From: Phyllobacteriaceae bacterium
GTDB taxonomy: Bacteria; Pseudomonadota; Alphaproteobacteria; Rhizobiales; Rhizobiaceae
Assembly: GCA_031423755.1 (NCBI GenBank)
Contig: JANPGC010000174.1
Span: forward strand, 1-62,426
Direction of reading: 5' to 3'
DNA: 62,426 bases
Of the stretch, positions 17,935-26,592 are shown in pieces. Under the pieces are notes generated by a model. That model did no database searches. It was not told the DNA's origin and was given only the letters and a program-made list of their open reading frames with translations. The translations under genes and the position numbers were made by a program. Numbering within the stretch: position 1 is the stretch's first letter; every line of letters begins with the position of its first letter.

Positions 17935-20454
17935 TCAGGTCAGATCCACTTCAATTCTGCAACGCAGTCCGTCTGACAAAAACTCCCGTGCGACAATGGC
18001 GCCAGCCAGGCTCTTGTCGATCAGTTTTGCGCCATAGGCGTCTTGACCGTGTGGCTGTGAGATCCCCGCGCCGTGCTCCTGCCAAAGGACGACAAGCCTG
18101 CGCTTCCCTCCGGCGGCCCCAGCCATGGTCCATGACAGGCAGACGGTTCCCGTCTCTCCGGACAGAGCGCCATGTCTCATCGCATTGGAAGCAAGTTCAT
18201 TAAAAATCAGGCTGAATGGCACCGAATGCTCCGGGGGCAGCCTGACCTCAGGCCCTTCGATATCGACCCTGTGACGAATGCGCGACATGTATGGTGCCAG
18301 TTGCCGCCGTGCCAGATCGCCAAGCTCAGCGCCCTTCCAGTCATTGTCAGTCAAAACGTCTTGCGCGACGGAGAGACTGTGCACACGGCCGGAGAATGCC
18401 ACAGCAAACTCTTCCGGGTTCGAAGATGATTTGAGTGTGGAGCGTAGGATCGATTGAAGAACGGCAAACGAATTCTTCACGCGATGCGCCAGCTCGCGCG
18501 ACATCAGGATCTGGCGCGCCTCCCATTCCTTGCGGTCTGAAATATCGCGCACAGTGGCGGCTATCCCGGTCACAGTCCCGTCAGAGGCGCGCACGGGAGA
18601 CACTGACAATGACGCGAAAAAGCTGGTTCCGTCCTTGCGCAGCCTTTTGGTTTCCAAAGGACCCGCAATTTCGCCGGACCTGACTTTGACCATGATCCCG
18701 GCCTGTTCGGCACTGAATTCATCTGCCGCGAGAAGCGATATGTCACAGCCGACTATCTCTTCGGCAGAATAGCCAAACAGCCTTTCTGCAGCCGGATTCC
18801 ACGCCTCGATCTTTCCGTTCAACTTTACGCCGAACAAGGCGTCCTGGGATGCAGAGGCGACTGCCGCCATGCGGGCGGTGCCTGCTTCCGCGCGCTTTCT
18901 CTCAGTCACGTCATGGTTGGTTTCAAGAATGAAAATCTCGCCCTGCAATTCCATTATCTGATGCCGGCTCTCGACGAAAATGGTGTCTCCGGTTTTGGTG
19001 GTCTGACGAAGTTCCCCGGACCATGAGCCTTCTTTCAAAAGCTGTGCCATGATGTCGGTCCAAGGCATGGGGTGATGCGACTTCAAAAGCCCGTGGCTTT
19101 GCCGCCCCAGCGCCTCCTCGCGCGAAAAGCCGTAGAGCTGTTCGGCGCCCTTGTTCCAATCGACAATGCCGTGTTGGGGGTTCCAGACAAATATCGGCTC
19201 AAACGAAAGCTCAATCAGGCTTGCCTTCCGGTGGAGGGACTGTTCAGCTTCCTTGCGCGCCGAAATGTCGATGGTGGAACCCAGATAGCGCGTGATTTGG
19301 CCGCTTTCGTTGCGGAAAACCCGCCCTGAATCCATTACCCAGACATAATGGCCATCCTTGTGCGCCACGCGGTATTCAACCGTATAGTGATCGCTGGCGG
19401 ACACGTATGAATTCGTGTTCAGACCGCTGGTTGGCAGACGGTCATCGGGATGTTTGAGCGCAGCCCAGCCCTCAGGCGTTGCTGGTATCTCATCAGCGCC
19501 CCAACCGAGCAGCCTGGTCATGCCGCTGCTGCGCCAGACGGTGCCATTTTCAATGTCCGTGTCGTAGCTAAGCGTGCCAGCCGCAGCCTCGGTGGCGGCA
19601 AAACGCTCCGCGCTGATGCGCAAAGCATTCTCGAACCGCTTTTGCCGCGTGATGTTTTCCGTCACGCCAATAGCCCGTTCAACGACGCCGGTTGCGCCGC
19701 GCATGAACTTTCCGCTCACCCGCCAGAATGCCCGGTCGCCTCGCGGATCAATGCCGCGATACTCCAATGTGTAAGTGTCGCCGCGTGTCTGCGCCTCCTC
19801 GAAGGCTTGCAGGAGTTTGGGGCGGTCCTCCGGCAAGACAAAAAAGGCGCCATCTTCCGGGCGGTCGGTCAAGCTGCCTTCCGGGCAGCCTATGATCAGG
19901 GCCGAATTTTCCGCCCAATGCATTTTGTGGCCGACGAGATCTATTTCCCAAGCGAACATGCCCGCTGTTTCGGTCGCAAGACGCAAGCGTTCTTCTGCCT
20001 GTAGCTTGGCCTCATGTGATTCCTTCAGTTGTGTTATGTCCCATGCGACACCGACCAGGCGCGTCGGCCCTTCAGATGTGCGGTCAAGCACGCTGCCGCG
20101 CGCGGCAATCCAGTGCGTCTTGCCTCCCCAGACCGTACGGTATTCGAATTCATAGGAATCAAGACCGGCCCGCAGTTGCTCATGCAGGGCCCGCTGCCGC
20201 TGCCTGTCTTCCGGATGTATCAGCGCATCCGTCAATTCGACATTTTCCACATCAATCTTGTCTGGGCTGACGCCGTGCAGGGCGCACGTCTGATCCGACC
20301 AGCGCCGCTGACCGGTGACCAGATTCATCTCCCAGGTGCCCATTCCATTGGCAGAAAGCGAGAGCTTGAGTGTCTCCAGTTGCTTGCGCAGCCAGAAATC
20401 ATCGTTTGCCGATACCGATGTGCCGCCTGAAAAACCGTCAGAAGATGAGTCCAT
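17935..20454 (-). CDS. Multi-PAS HWE-family sensor histidine kinase (839 aa)
   Basis: Several PAS/PAC repeats. C-terminal H-box AHRVKNSFAVLQSIL and W-x-E motif (LWQEHG) define the HWE family. Start moved to ATG 20454 (GAGGG RBS), because an EcfG-type promoter lies inside the ORF-track extension. Confidence 0.85.
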   Translation of the reverse strand: MDSSSDGFSGGTSVSANDDFWLRKQLETLKLSLSANGMGTWEMNLVTGQRRWSDQTCALHGVSPDKIDVENVELTDALIHPEDRQRQRALHEQLRAGLDSYEFEYRTVWGGKTHWIAARGSVLDRTSEGPTRLVGVAWDITQLKESHEAKLQAEERLRLATETAGMFAWEIDLVGHKMHWAENSALIIGCPEGSLTDRPEDGAFFVLPEDRPKLLQAFEEAQTRGDTYTLEYRGIDPRGDRAFWRVSGKFMRGATGVVERAIGVTENITRQKRFENALRISAERFAATEAAAGTLSYDTDIENGTVWRSSGMTRLLGWGADEIPATPEGWAALKHPDDRLPTSGLNTNSYVSASDHYTVEYRVAHKDGHYVWVMDSGRVFRNESGQITRYLGSTIDISARKEAEQSLHRKASLIELSFEPIFVWNPQHGIVDWNKGAEQLYGFSREEALGRQSHGLLKSHHPMPWTDIMAQLLKEGSWSGELRQTTKTGDTIFVESRHQIMELQGEIFILETNHDVTERKRAEAGTARMAAVASASQDALFGVKLNGKIEAWNPAAERLFGYSAEEIVGCDISLLAADEFSAEQAGIMVKVRSGEIAGPLETKRLRKDGTSFFASLSVSPVRASDGTVTGIAATVRDISDRKEWEARQILMSRELAHRVKNSFAVLQSILRSTLKSSSNPEEFAVAFSGRVHSLSVAQDVLTDNDWKGAELGDLARRQLAPYMSRIRHRVDIEGPEVRLPPEHSVPFSLIFNELASNAMRHGALSGETGTVCLSWTMAGAAGGKRRLVVLWQEHGAGISQPHGQDAYGAKLIDKSLAGAIVAREFLSDGLRCRIEVDLT

Positions 20455-20565
20455 TAGCTGACCCTCGTCTTCCAACACTGAATGCAATCCAACCGCATCT
20501 CTAACCCATGTGACCAGTTCGGAGTTTCTGTTTGGCACAATTTGGAGCATGCCCGCCGACCGGAC

Positions 20566-20591
20566 AACGCTGCAATGCCCATAATTGTTCC
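20566..20591 (-). promoter_or_regulatory. EcfG-type GSR promoter (GGAAC-N17-CGTT) for the HWE kinase
   Basis: Plus strand reads AACG-ctgcaatgcccataatt-GTTCC, an exact match on the minus strand. Back-to-back with the phyR promoter. Confidence 0.6.
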
Positions 20592-20658
20592 ACATTTTCA
20601 AAGAGCTGCGCCAAGATCAATACTGGCGCATATCCGTCTCATCCGCATCTGCGACAAC

Positions 20659-20683
20659 GGAACTTTTTCAAATTTGCGGCGTT
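20659..20683 (+). promoter_or_regulatory. EcfG-type GSR promoter (GGAAC-N16-CGTT) for phyR
   Basis: GGAAC-tttttcaaatttgcgg-CGTT, 75 nt upstream of the phyR ATG. phyR autoregulation via EcfG is the known arrangement. Confidence 0.7.
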
Positions 20684-20757
20684 CGTGCTAAAATACGCTT
20701 AAAATGACGTTTTGTATGAAGCCGCATACTGGTCCTGAACATAAGGCGCAGCCGGCA

Positions 20758-21552
20758 ATGAACCTTTCGTCGACAGTTTCGCCACACCTGCCCTTTTTGC
20801 GGCGGTTTTCGCGTGCGCTCACGGGCAGCCAGCATAGCGGCGATTCTTACGTTGCGGCGGTTCTCGATTCGATCATCGCAGACCCCGCGTGCCTTAAATC
20901 CGCGACGGACATCCGTGTTTCCCTTTACCGGCAGTATTGCAGGATTTGGCAATCCGTTTCGTTCAACATGAAATCCAATGAGATTGCCGATCCGTTTGGC
21001 GGGCGGGCGCATCAAACGATGGCCCCGATATCACCCAAAGCACGCGAAGCATTTCTGCTTTCAGGCGTTGAAGGCTTTGGCGTTGACGATATCGGCCTGA
21101 TTTTGGACTGCAGTGCCGAGCAGGTCGAATTGCTGCTCGCCGAGTCTGCGGCCTCCTTTGCTTCTCAAGCAGCCACCGATGTTCTTGTGATCGAAGATGA
21201 GCCGATCATCGCAATGGACATTGAAGACATACTGCAATCCCTTGGCCATCGCATCACCGGCATTGCGCGCACGGAAAATCAGGCGCTTGAGCTCGCGGCC
21301 CGCGAACCGCCGGGCCTCATTCTTGCCGATATCCAGCTTGCAGACGGCAGTTCCGGCTTGGACGCGGTGACCAAAATCCTGCAGCGGTTTTCCGTGCCGG
21401 TCATTTTCATCACCGCATTTCCGGAGAGCGTCCTGACCGGAGAGCGCCCTGAACCGGCATTCCTGATCAGCAAGCCTTATTTGCCCGGCATGGTCAAGGC
21501 GGTTATCAGCCAAGCGCTTCTCACGCATGTCGAGTCAAGAGCAGCGGCTTAA
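20758..21552 (+). CDS. phyR: PhyR, anti-anti-sigma factor / response regulator of the general stress response
   Basis: 264 aa from ATG 20758. N-terminal sigma-like domain (PHLPFLRRFSRALTGSQHSGDSYV) and C-terminal receiver (VLVIEDEPIIAMDIEDIL...LILADIQLADGSSG), which is the diagnostic PhyR architecture. Confidence 0.9.
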   Translation: MNLSSTVSPHLPFLRRFSRALTGSQHSGDSYVAAVLDSIIADPACLKSATDIRVSLYRQYCRIWQSVSFNMKSNEIADPFGGRAHQTMAPISPKAREAFLLSGVEGFGVDDIGLILDCSAEQVELLLAESAASFASQAATDVLVIEDEPIIAMDIEDILQSLGHRITGIARTENQALELAAREPPGLILADIQLADGSSGLDAVTKILQRFSVPVIFITAFPESVLTGERPEPAFLISKPYLPGMVKAVISQALLTHVESRAAA

Positions 21553-21571
21553 GGCGCGCAGCGTGTCTGTT

Positions 21572-21597
21572 GGAACCTTTGGCATGTCTGCCGCGTT
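21572..21597 (+). promoter_or_regulatory. EcfG-type GSR promoter (GGAAC-N17-CGTT) for the 98-aa ORF
   Basis: GGAAC-ctttggcatgtctgccg-CGTT, starting 20 nt after the phyR stop and 59 nt upstream of ATG 21656. Confidence 0.65.
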
Positions 21598-21655
21598 ACA
21601 AATGGTGCTGCGTTCAAGCGCGCGCGAACCCAAGATGCTGTTGAAGGAGAACGCC

Positions 21656-21952
21656 ATGTATTCTGCCAAAGACTATGATCAGGCGCTTCTGACGCCCGAG
21701 AGCATTTTCAATGATCCGATGGATGTGGTGACGACAGAGTCGCTTACGCCCGAGCAGAAAATGACTGTTCTGAAACGTTGGGAGGCCAACGCGCGGGATC
21801 TGGAGGTCGCCTCCAGCGAGAGCATGACGGGCGGCGCCCTGTCGAAACTGGATGAAGTCGGCGCTGCGATCGCTGTGCTGATGGAGCGCGAGCCGGTTGA
21901 CGAGAACACTGTCGTTCAGGTGCAGGCGAGCCCGTCGAGCACCGCTGCATGA
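21656..21952 (+). CDS. Small acidic hypothetical protein (98 aa), predicted GSR target
   Basis: ATG 21656 has a strong GAAGGAGAA RBS. The ORF-track upstream extension overlaps the promoter. I recognise no family. Confidence 0.6.
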   Translation: MYSAKDYDQALLTPESIFNDPMDVVTTESLTPEQKMTVLKRWEANARDLEVASSESMTGGALSKLDEVGAAIAVLMEREPVDENTVVQVQASPSSTAA

Positions 21953-21980
21953 CATCACCGAGACGGTTTGACTGACTTCG

Positions 21981-22005
21981 AGGCGGACCTGCGGGCCCGC
22001 CTTTC
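21981..22005. terminator. Possible hairpin between the convergent small ORF and galU
   Basis: AGGCGG-acctgcgggc-CCGCCT followed by TTC. Weak U-tract. Confidence 0.3.
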
Positions 22006-22052
22006 ATGCATGCCGCACTTTCCGCGCTTGCAGCAGCTTCCGGCAGGTCTGG

Positions 22053-23015
22053 TCAGGCCGCAGCGGGCTGTTTTCTTGTAACCGGCATCCCCGCCCGCTC
22101 GTTGGCGTTGACGACACGCAGCGCCTCAGACGCGAGGGACCGCTGCAACAGTTTCTCAAGTCCAACCCTGAATGCGGGGCCGATGTCATCGCGCATCAAT
22201 CCATGAGCCACGTTTGCCATCAGGAACCCGAGCTTGTCGCCGCAGTCGAAGGTCACGCCTTCGAACTTGCAGCCCCAGAACGGCTGCTCGGCCATCAGCG
22301 CAATCATAGCATCAGTCAGCTGAATTTCGCCGCCGGCGCCTGGCTTTGCAGTCTCTATTTTGCCAAAGATTTCCGGCTGCAAAATGTAGCGGCCGGATAT
22401 GATGTGATTGGAAGGTGCTTGCTCGCGCTCCGGCTTCTCGATCATGCCTTTGATCGCCAGCGCCAAACCATCAGTTTTGCTGAAATCGACCACACCATAG
22501 CGGCTGACCTCTGCCCAAGGCACTTCTTCAACGGCAATGATGTTGCCGCCGCCTGTCTCGGCGTAGATGTCCATCATCTGTTTGAGGCAGCCGGGCTCGG
22601 ATTGCATCACCATATCAGGCAGCAACAGCGCGAAGGGCTCATCGCCAATCATGTTGCGCGCGCACCACACTGCATGCCCGAGCCCCAGCGGCTCCTGCTG
22701 CCGGGTGAAACTGGTCTGGCCCGCGCTAGGCAGATCATTTTCCAACAGGCCAAGCTCTTCCGATTTGCCGCGCTTGCGCAGGACAGATTCAAGCTCGGTC
22801 TGCTTGTCGAAGTGATCTTCAATCGCATTCTTGTTGCGCCCGGTGACAAAAACAAAATGCTCGATGCCCGCCTCGCGCGCCTCATCGACCGCCATCTGAA
22901 TGACGGGCCGGTCGACAATTGTCAGCATTTCCTTGGGGATAGCCTTTGTCGCGGGAAGGAACCTCGTTCCAAGTCCTGCCACGGGAAAAACGGCTTTGCG
23001 GATGCGCTTGCGCAT
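22053..23015 (-). CDS. galU: UTP--glucose-1-phosphate uridylyltransferase
   Basis: 320 aa. The N-terminus [34 protein letters not shown] is the canonical GalU motif. Confidence 0.9.
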   Translation of the reverse strand: MRKRIRKAVFPVAGLGTRFLPATKAIPKEMLTIVDRPVIQMAVDEAREAGIEHFVFVTGRNKNAIEDHFDKQTELESVLRKRGKSEELGLLENDLPSAGQTSFTRQQEPLGLGHAVWCARNMIGDEPFALLLPDMVMQSEPGCLKQMMDIYAETGGGNIIAVEEVPWAEVSRYGVVDFSKTDGLALAIKGMIEKPEREQAPSNHIISGRYILQPEIFGKIETAKPGAGGEIQLTDAMIALMAEQPFWGCKFEGVTFDCGDKLGFLMANVAHGLMRDDIGPAFRVGLEKLLQRSLASEALRVVNANERAGMPVTRKQPAAA

Positions 23016-23102
23016 GGAGCGGCTCCTGAATTTGAACGGGCGGCTTCAAGGTTGATTGAGTACTCGCAAACCGCTTGAGCGACACACTGCCCACGCTACC
23101 GA

Positions 23103-23127
23103 AACGCGTTTGAAGCGACTTCGTTCC
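23103..23127 (-). promoter_or_regulatory. EcfG-type GSR promoter (GGAAC-N16-CGTT) for galU
   Basis: Plus strand reads AACG-cgtttgaagcgacttc-GTTCC, exact on the minus strand, 88 nt upstream of the galU ATG. Confidence 0.6.
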
Positions 23128-23174
23128 TGCTGTCCGTCACATTCGTGAAATGCGACAAGATCAGGAAACGGACT

Positions 23175-24215
23175 TCATGCAGCCGTTGCCAGGATGGATG
23201 TGAACGTTGCCCGCGTGATGGTGATCGTCGTGCCACCGCTGCTCGTTTCGGTCTCAACCCTGCCATCCAGCTGCTTGGCCAAAGCTTGAACAAGCGTTGT
23301 GCCAAGGCCGCCTTTTTTGCCGACGGCTCTTTCCTTGATACCGCCGCCATTGTCGGACACGGACAGTTTCCAGTCTTCGCCGCTCACCTCATATCCGACC
23401 ACAACGCGGCCATCCTGCACGTCTAGCGGAAAGGCGTGCTTGAGCGCATTCATCACAAGCTCTGTAACGATCAAACCGATGCTGACCGCCTGCTGCGACG
23501 GCACCGCGCCGTCGTCTGCGACAACGGTGAGGGAAATTGGTCTGCGCTCCCGGATCATGGAGTCTTTGAGCGTCTCGCACAGCGTCGTCAAATAGTCGCT
23601 GACTTTGATATTATCGCCCGTTCCGGACGCCCGCAGGTGCTGCTGCAGCGTCGCGATGGACATCACCCTGCGATGCGCATCCTCAAGATGGCCGCGCGAT
23701 TCCTCCGAACTGACAGAGCGCGCCTTGAGCATCAGTATGCTGGCGACGATCTGCAGGCTGTTGGCCACCCGGTGGCTCATCTCGGAGAGAAGCGTGTCTT
23801 TTTGCTCGCTGAGAGTGATAAGCTGCCGCTCTGCTGCCCGGCGGGTGGTGACGTCCTCAATCGCGAGCAGAAGAGTGCTGTTGAGGTCGCCCTCGTAAAA
23901 GACTTTGCGCGCATTCAGCATCATCGTGCGCTGGCCGATGTGCGGAAAGTTTTGCTCGATCTCAAAATGGTCCATTACGCCGTGTTCGGGCAGGATCCGG
24001 TCAAGCAGATCGCGCAAATCGGGGTTGTTCCATTCACCTGAGCCAAGGTCATAAATTTTGTGACCCAATGTCTCGCCAGCGGTGGTCTGGAAAGTTGAAT
24101 AGAAGGAACGGCTGGCGGAAACCACGCGCAGGTCGCCGTCAAGCACGAGCAGAGAATCCCGCACTGTATCGACCATGGCCTGTGCCAATGCACGTCCGTC
24201 CTCAATGGTGTCCAT
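23175..24215 (-). CDS. PAS + HisKA_2 sensor histidine kinase (PhyK/LovK-like)
   Basis: 346 aa. N-terminal PAS domain, H-box SHRVANSLQIVASIL (HisKA_2), and a HATPase_c G-boxes region (DNGGGI, GGLGTTLV). Confidence 0.85.
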   Translation of the reverse strand: MDTIEDGRALAQAMVDTVRDSLLVLDGDLRVVSASRSFYSTFQTTAGETLGHKIYDLGSGEWNNPDLRDLLDRILPEHGVMDHFEIEQNFPHIGQRTMMLNARKVFYEGDLNSTLLLAIEDVTTRRAAERQLITLSEQKDTLLSEMSHRVANSLQIVASILMLKARSVSSEESRGHLEDAHRRVMSIATLQQHLRASGTGDNIKVSDYLTTLCETLKDSMIRERRPISLTVVADDGAVPSQQAVSIGLIVTELVMNALKHAFPLDVQDGRVVVGYEVSGEDWKLSVSDNGGGIKERAVGKKGGLGTTLVQALAKQLDGRVETETSSGGTTITITRATFTSILATAA

Positions 24216-24246
24216 AAGGTTCTTTCAGATCTGCGCATTCCCGAAT

Positions 24247-24271
24247 TGAACCACTTTACAGCTATTGCGTT
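24247..24271 (+). promoter_or_regulatory. Near-consensus EcfG-type motif (TGAAC-N16-CGTT) upstream of the RHH gene
   Basis: One mismatch in the -35 element. Located 80 nt upstream of ATG 24352. Weaker than the eight exact sites. Confidence 0.3.
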
Positions 24272-24351
24272 ACATTGACAGAACTAATCGCGCACCCATT
24301 GAAATTAGAATTAAAACATCCATATACCATCCACACAGATGGAAAGTTGTC

Positions 24352-24771
24352 ATGTCAGCAGAAATTTTGCGCCTTCACGACCGCATCAGCGAAAGCGAAA
24401 AGATCACGATCAACCTTGGATATGTTGATCTCGGTCACATCGACCTTTTGGTGCAGGACGGCTTCTACTCCAACCGGACCGATTTCATCCGCACAGCGAT
24501 CCGCCACCAATTGGCAAACCACGCCGATCAGGCGAAAAAGCTGATTGTGCGTCAGACGCTTGATCTTGGCCTCCGCCGCTACACCAAGGCAGATCTGGAA
24601 GCAGTGAAGGCGTCGGGAGAAACCCTGAGCATCAAGGTGCTTGGCTTGGTTACCATTGACACAGATGTGCCGCCAGCGCTCGCAGCAGAGACCATTCAAT
24701 CCATAACAGTCCTTGGCGCGCTGCATGCGGCCAAAGACGTGAAGGCCGCCCTGTCCGGGCGGATCAGCTGA
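24352..24771 (+). CDS. Ribbon-helix-helix (CopG-like) domain protein, 139 aa
   Basis: Start trimmed to ATG 24352. The RHH pattern is KITINLGYVDLGHIDLLVQDGFYSNRTDFIRTAIRHQL. Confidence 0.65.
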   Translation: MSAEILRLHDRISESEKITINLGYVDLGHIDLLVQDGFYSNRTDFIRTAIRHQLANHADQAKKLIVRQTLDLGLRRYTKADLEAVKASGETLSIKVLGLVTIDTDVPPALAAETIQSITVLGALHAAKDVKAALSGRIS

Positions 24772-24809
24772 ACCGCAACCCGACTTAACCCCACTTAAGG
24801 CAATAATTC

Positions 24810-25883
24810 ATGACCTTTGACATCAAATCCACCATGGCTGAGGCCTTGCGTCTCACGAAAGCTGGCCGTCTTGACGACGCGACCTCGGCGATCCAGCAGG
24901 CATTAACCGGCAAACACACCGAGCCGGACAAATCGCGCCAGCGCCGTCCGCTGGCCGATACAGTCAAGGCGCTTGGCACATTGCGAAAAGCCGCAACGGT
25001 GCGCAAAACCACGCCAATTGACGCGCCTGTCTCTCTCAAAACGCCCGGCGGCGCGCAATTCCTGACCAAGACCTTCTCCTGCCATGCCGGCAAGCGCGAG
25101 TATAAGCTCTACATCCCCTCCCATCAGCCCCAAGGCCGACGCCCGCTGCTGATCATGCTGCATGGCTGCACCCAGAACGCCGATGACTTTGCTGCCGGCA
25201 CCCGCATGAATGCGCTGGCTGAGGAGCACGGCATGCTTGTCGCCTACCCGGTCCAGCCAAAGACCGCCAATGTGTCCGCCTGCTGGAACTGGTTCAATCC
25301 GGGCGACCAGCAACGCGGTGCTGGCGAACCGGCTATTCTTGCCGGGATCACCCAAGAGATTGCCGCAGGGCACAAGATTGATCCAACCCGGATCTACGTC
25401 GCGGGTCTGTCTGCTGGCGGAGCGATGGCGATGGTCATGGGCGCGGCCTACCCCGCGCTCTATGCCGCCGTCGGCGTGCATTCCGGCCTGCCCTATCAGT
25501 CGGCTAATGACGTGATGTCCGCACTCAACGTCATGCGCAGCGGTACGGCCAATGCCCGTCCGCAGCCGAATATCCGCACCATTGTCTTTCACGGCGACGC
25601 TGACACAACCGTCCACCCGGCAAATGCCGAAAAGATCGCGGACAGAGTGAAAATGCGCCAAAGCGTCACGCAAGGCCAAGCACGGGTTCCCGGCGGGCGA
25701 AGCTATGCCCGGACGGTTATTGAAAGCGCAGAAGATCAAACTGCCACGGTTGAACTCTGGATGATCAAGGGCGCAGGCCACGCATGGGCGGGTGGCAGTG
25801 CTGACGGCAGTTACACCGACCCCAAAGGACCGGACGCCTCTGCTGAAATGCTGCGCTTCTTTCTGTCGGACTACACATCCTGA
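24810..25883 (+). CDS. Esterase, PHB-depolymerase family (LpqC-like alpha/beta hydrolase)
   Basis: 357 aa. Motifs LLIMLHGCTQNADDFA, WNWF and nucleophile elbow GLSAGGAM are typical of the extracellular PHB-depolymerase esterase family. Confidence 0.8.
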   Translation: MTFDIKSTMAEALRLTKAGRLDDATSAIQQALTGKHTEPDKSRQRRPLADTVKALGTLRKAATVRKTTPIDAPVSLKTPGGAQFLTKTFSCHAGKREYKLYIPSHQPQGRRPLLIMLHGCTQNADDFAAGTRMNALAEEHGMLVAYPVQPKTANVSACWNWFNPGDQQRGAGEPAILAGITQEIAAGHKIDPTRIYVAGLSAGGAMAMVMGAAYPALYAAVGVHSGLPYQSANDVMSALNVMRSGTANARPQPNIRTIVFHGDADTTVHPANAEKIADRVKMRQSVTQGQARVPGGRSYARTVIESAEDQTATVELWMIKGAGHAWAGGSADGSYTDPKGPDASAEMLRFFLSDYTS

Positions 25884-25936
25884 GTTTGGTGCAATTGTTC
25901 GGACGCACGCTCAGAGCCAACGTTACCAAGACAAAT

Positions 25937-25967
25937 CGCCGCCGGTTGACCGGCGGCGTGTTGTTAT
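25937..25967 (+). terminator. Rho-independent terminator after the esterase gene
   Basis: CGCCGCCGG-ttga-CCGGCGGCG (9-bp GC stem) followed by TGTTGTTAT. Lies between convergent genes. Confidence 0.55.
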
Positions 25968-26018
25968 AACCGTGTTGCGTCGGCTGCCACGTAGCGAGCG
26001 CAGCGCCTGCTGCCACCG

Positions 26019-26510
26019 CTACATTGCCACTCTTGCATGCTGCGCGGCGTCTGTCTCCGAGGGCCTCTCGCCCTTGATATAGGCCTTGAGCGCCGTCATC
26101 GCATAGCTTACGCCTTCCAAACCGGAATTGTCCCAATACTCGGCGTCTGTCGGATCGATCTTCATGATGACCAGCGATGGATCCTCTTTCCCCTCCGGGA
26201 ACCACACTTTCCACGCTTCCGACCACAGCCTGTCGATCAAGGCGGGGTCGGTCGAAAGTTCCGCGGTGCCCTGCAGCGAAACATAGACGGACCCGTCCTG
26301 CATGATCAGCGTCACGTCCGGATTGATGGCGATATCGCGCAGCTTTGCAGAATCGAGTGATGTGGCAAAATACAGTCCGCCGTCCTCGCCGATTTCGGCA
26401 ATGGCCATCGGCCGCGCATGCATTGATCTGTCGCCTGAGGTGGTAATCATCATGGCGGTCGAAAAGCCCTTGAGGAGATCAACAAGGTGGCGTTTTGGCT
26501 GATGGTTCAT
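26019..26510 (-). CDS. Pyridoxamine-5'-phosphate-oxidase-like general stress protein 26 family
   Basis: 163 aa. PNPOx-like split-barrel sequence type (FSTAMMITTSGD...HARPM...YFATS..S.K...I..NP.V). Confidence 0.75.
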   Translation of the reverse strand: MNHQPKRHLVDLLKGFSTAMMITTSGDRSMHARPMAIAEIGEDGGLYFATSLDSAKLRDIAINPDVTLIMQDGSVYVSLQGTAELSTDPALIDRLWSEAWKVWFPEGKEDPSLVIMKIDPTDAEYWDNSGLEGVSYAMTALKAYIKGERPSETDAAQHARVAM

Positions 26511-26547
26511 GGTTCAAAATCCTGCTTCAGTTGGCTACTGCAAGTGA

Positions 26548-26572
26548 AACGGACTCGGCTCGATATGGTTCC
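26548..26572 (-). promoter_or_regulatory. EcfG-type GSR promoter (GGAAC-N16-CGTT) for the Gsp26-like gene
   Basis: Plus strand reads AACG-gactcggctcgatatg-GTTCC, exact on the minus strand, 38 nt upstream of ATG 26510 and 21 nt after the ndvB stop. Confidence 0.65.
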
Positions 26573-26592
26573 GAAGACCGCCTGTCACACCG

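Noticed and set aside
20455-20601. 49-codon N-terminal extension of the HWE kinase
   Set aside because: The extension contains the predicted EcfG-type promoter (20566-20591) and starts with TTG without an RBS. ATG 20454 has a GAGGG RBS.
20455-20757. Search for nepR (small anti-sigma) or an ECF sigma gene next to phyR
   Set aside because: No ORF of suitable size or sequence on either strand. The 69-aa ORF 20482-20691 spans both promoters and has no NepR-like features.
22203-23078. 291-aa plus-strand ORF
   Set aside because: Antisense to galU, whose identity is unambiguous.
24903-25781. 292-aa minus-strand ORF
   Set aside because: Antisense to the PHB-depolymerase-family esterase, which has clear catalytic motifs. 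Judged a shadow ORF.
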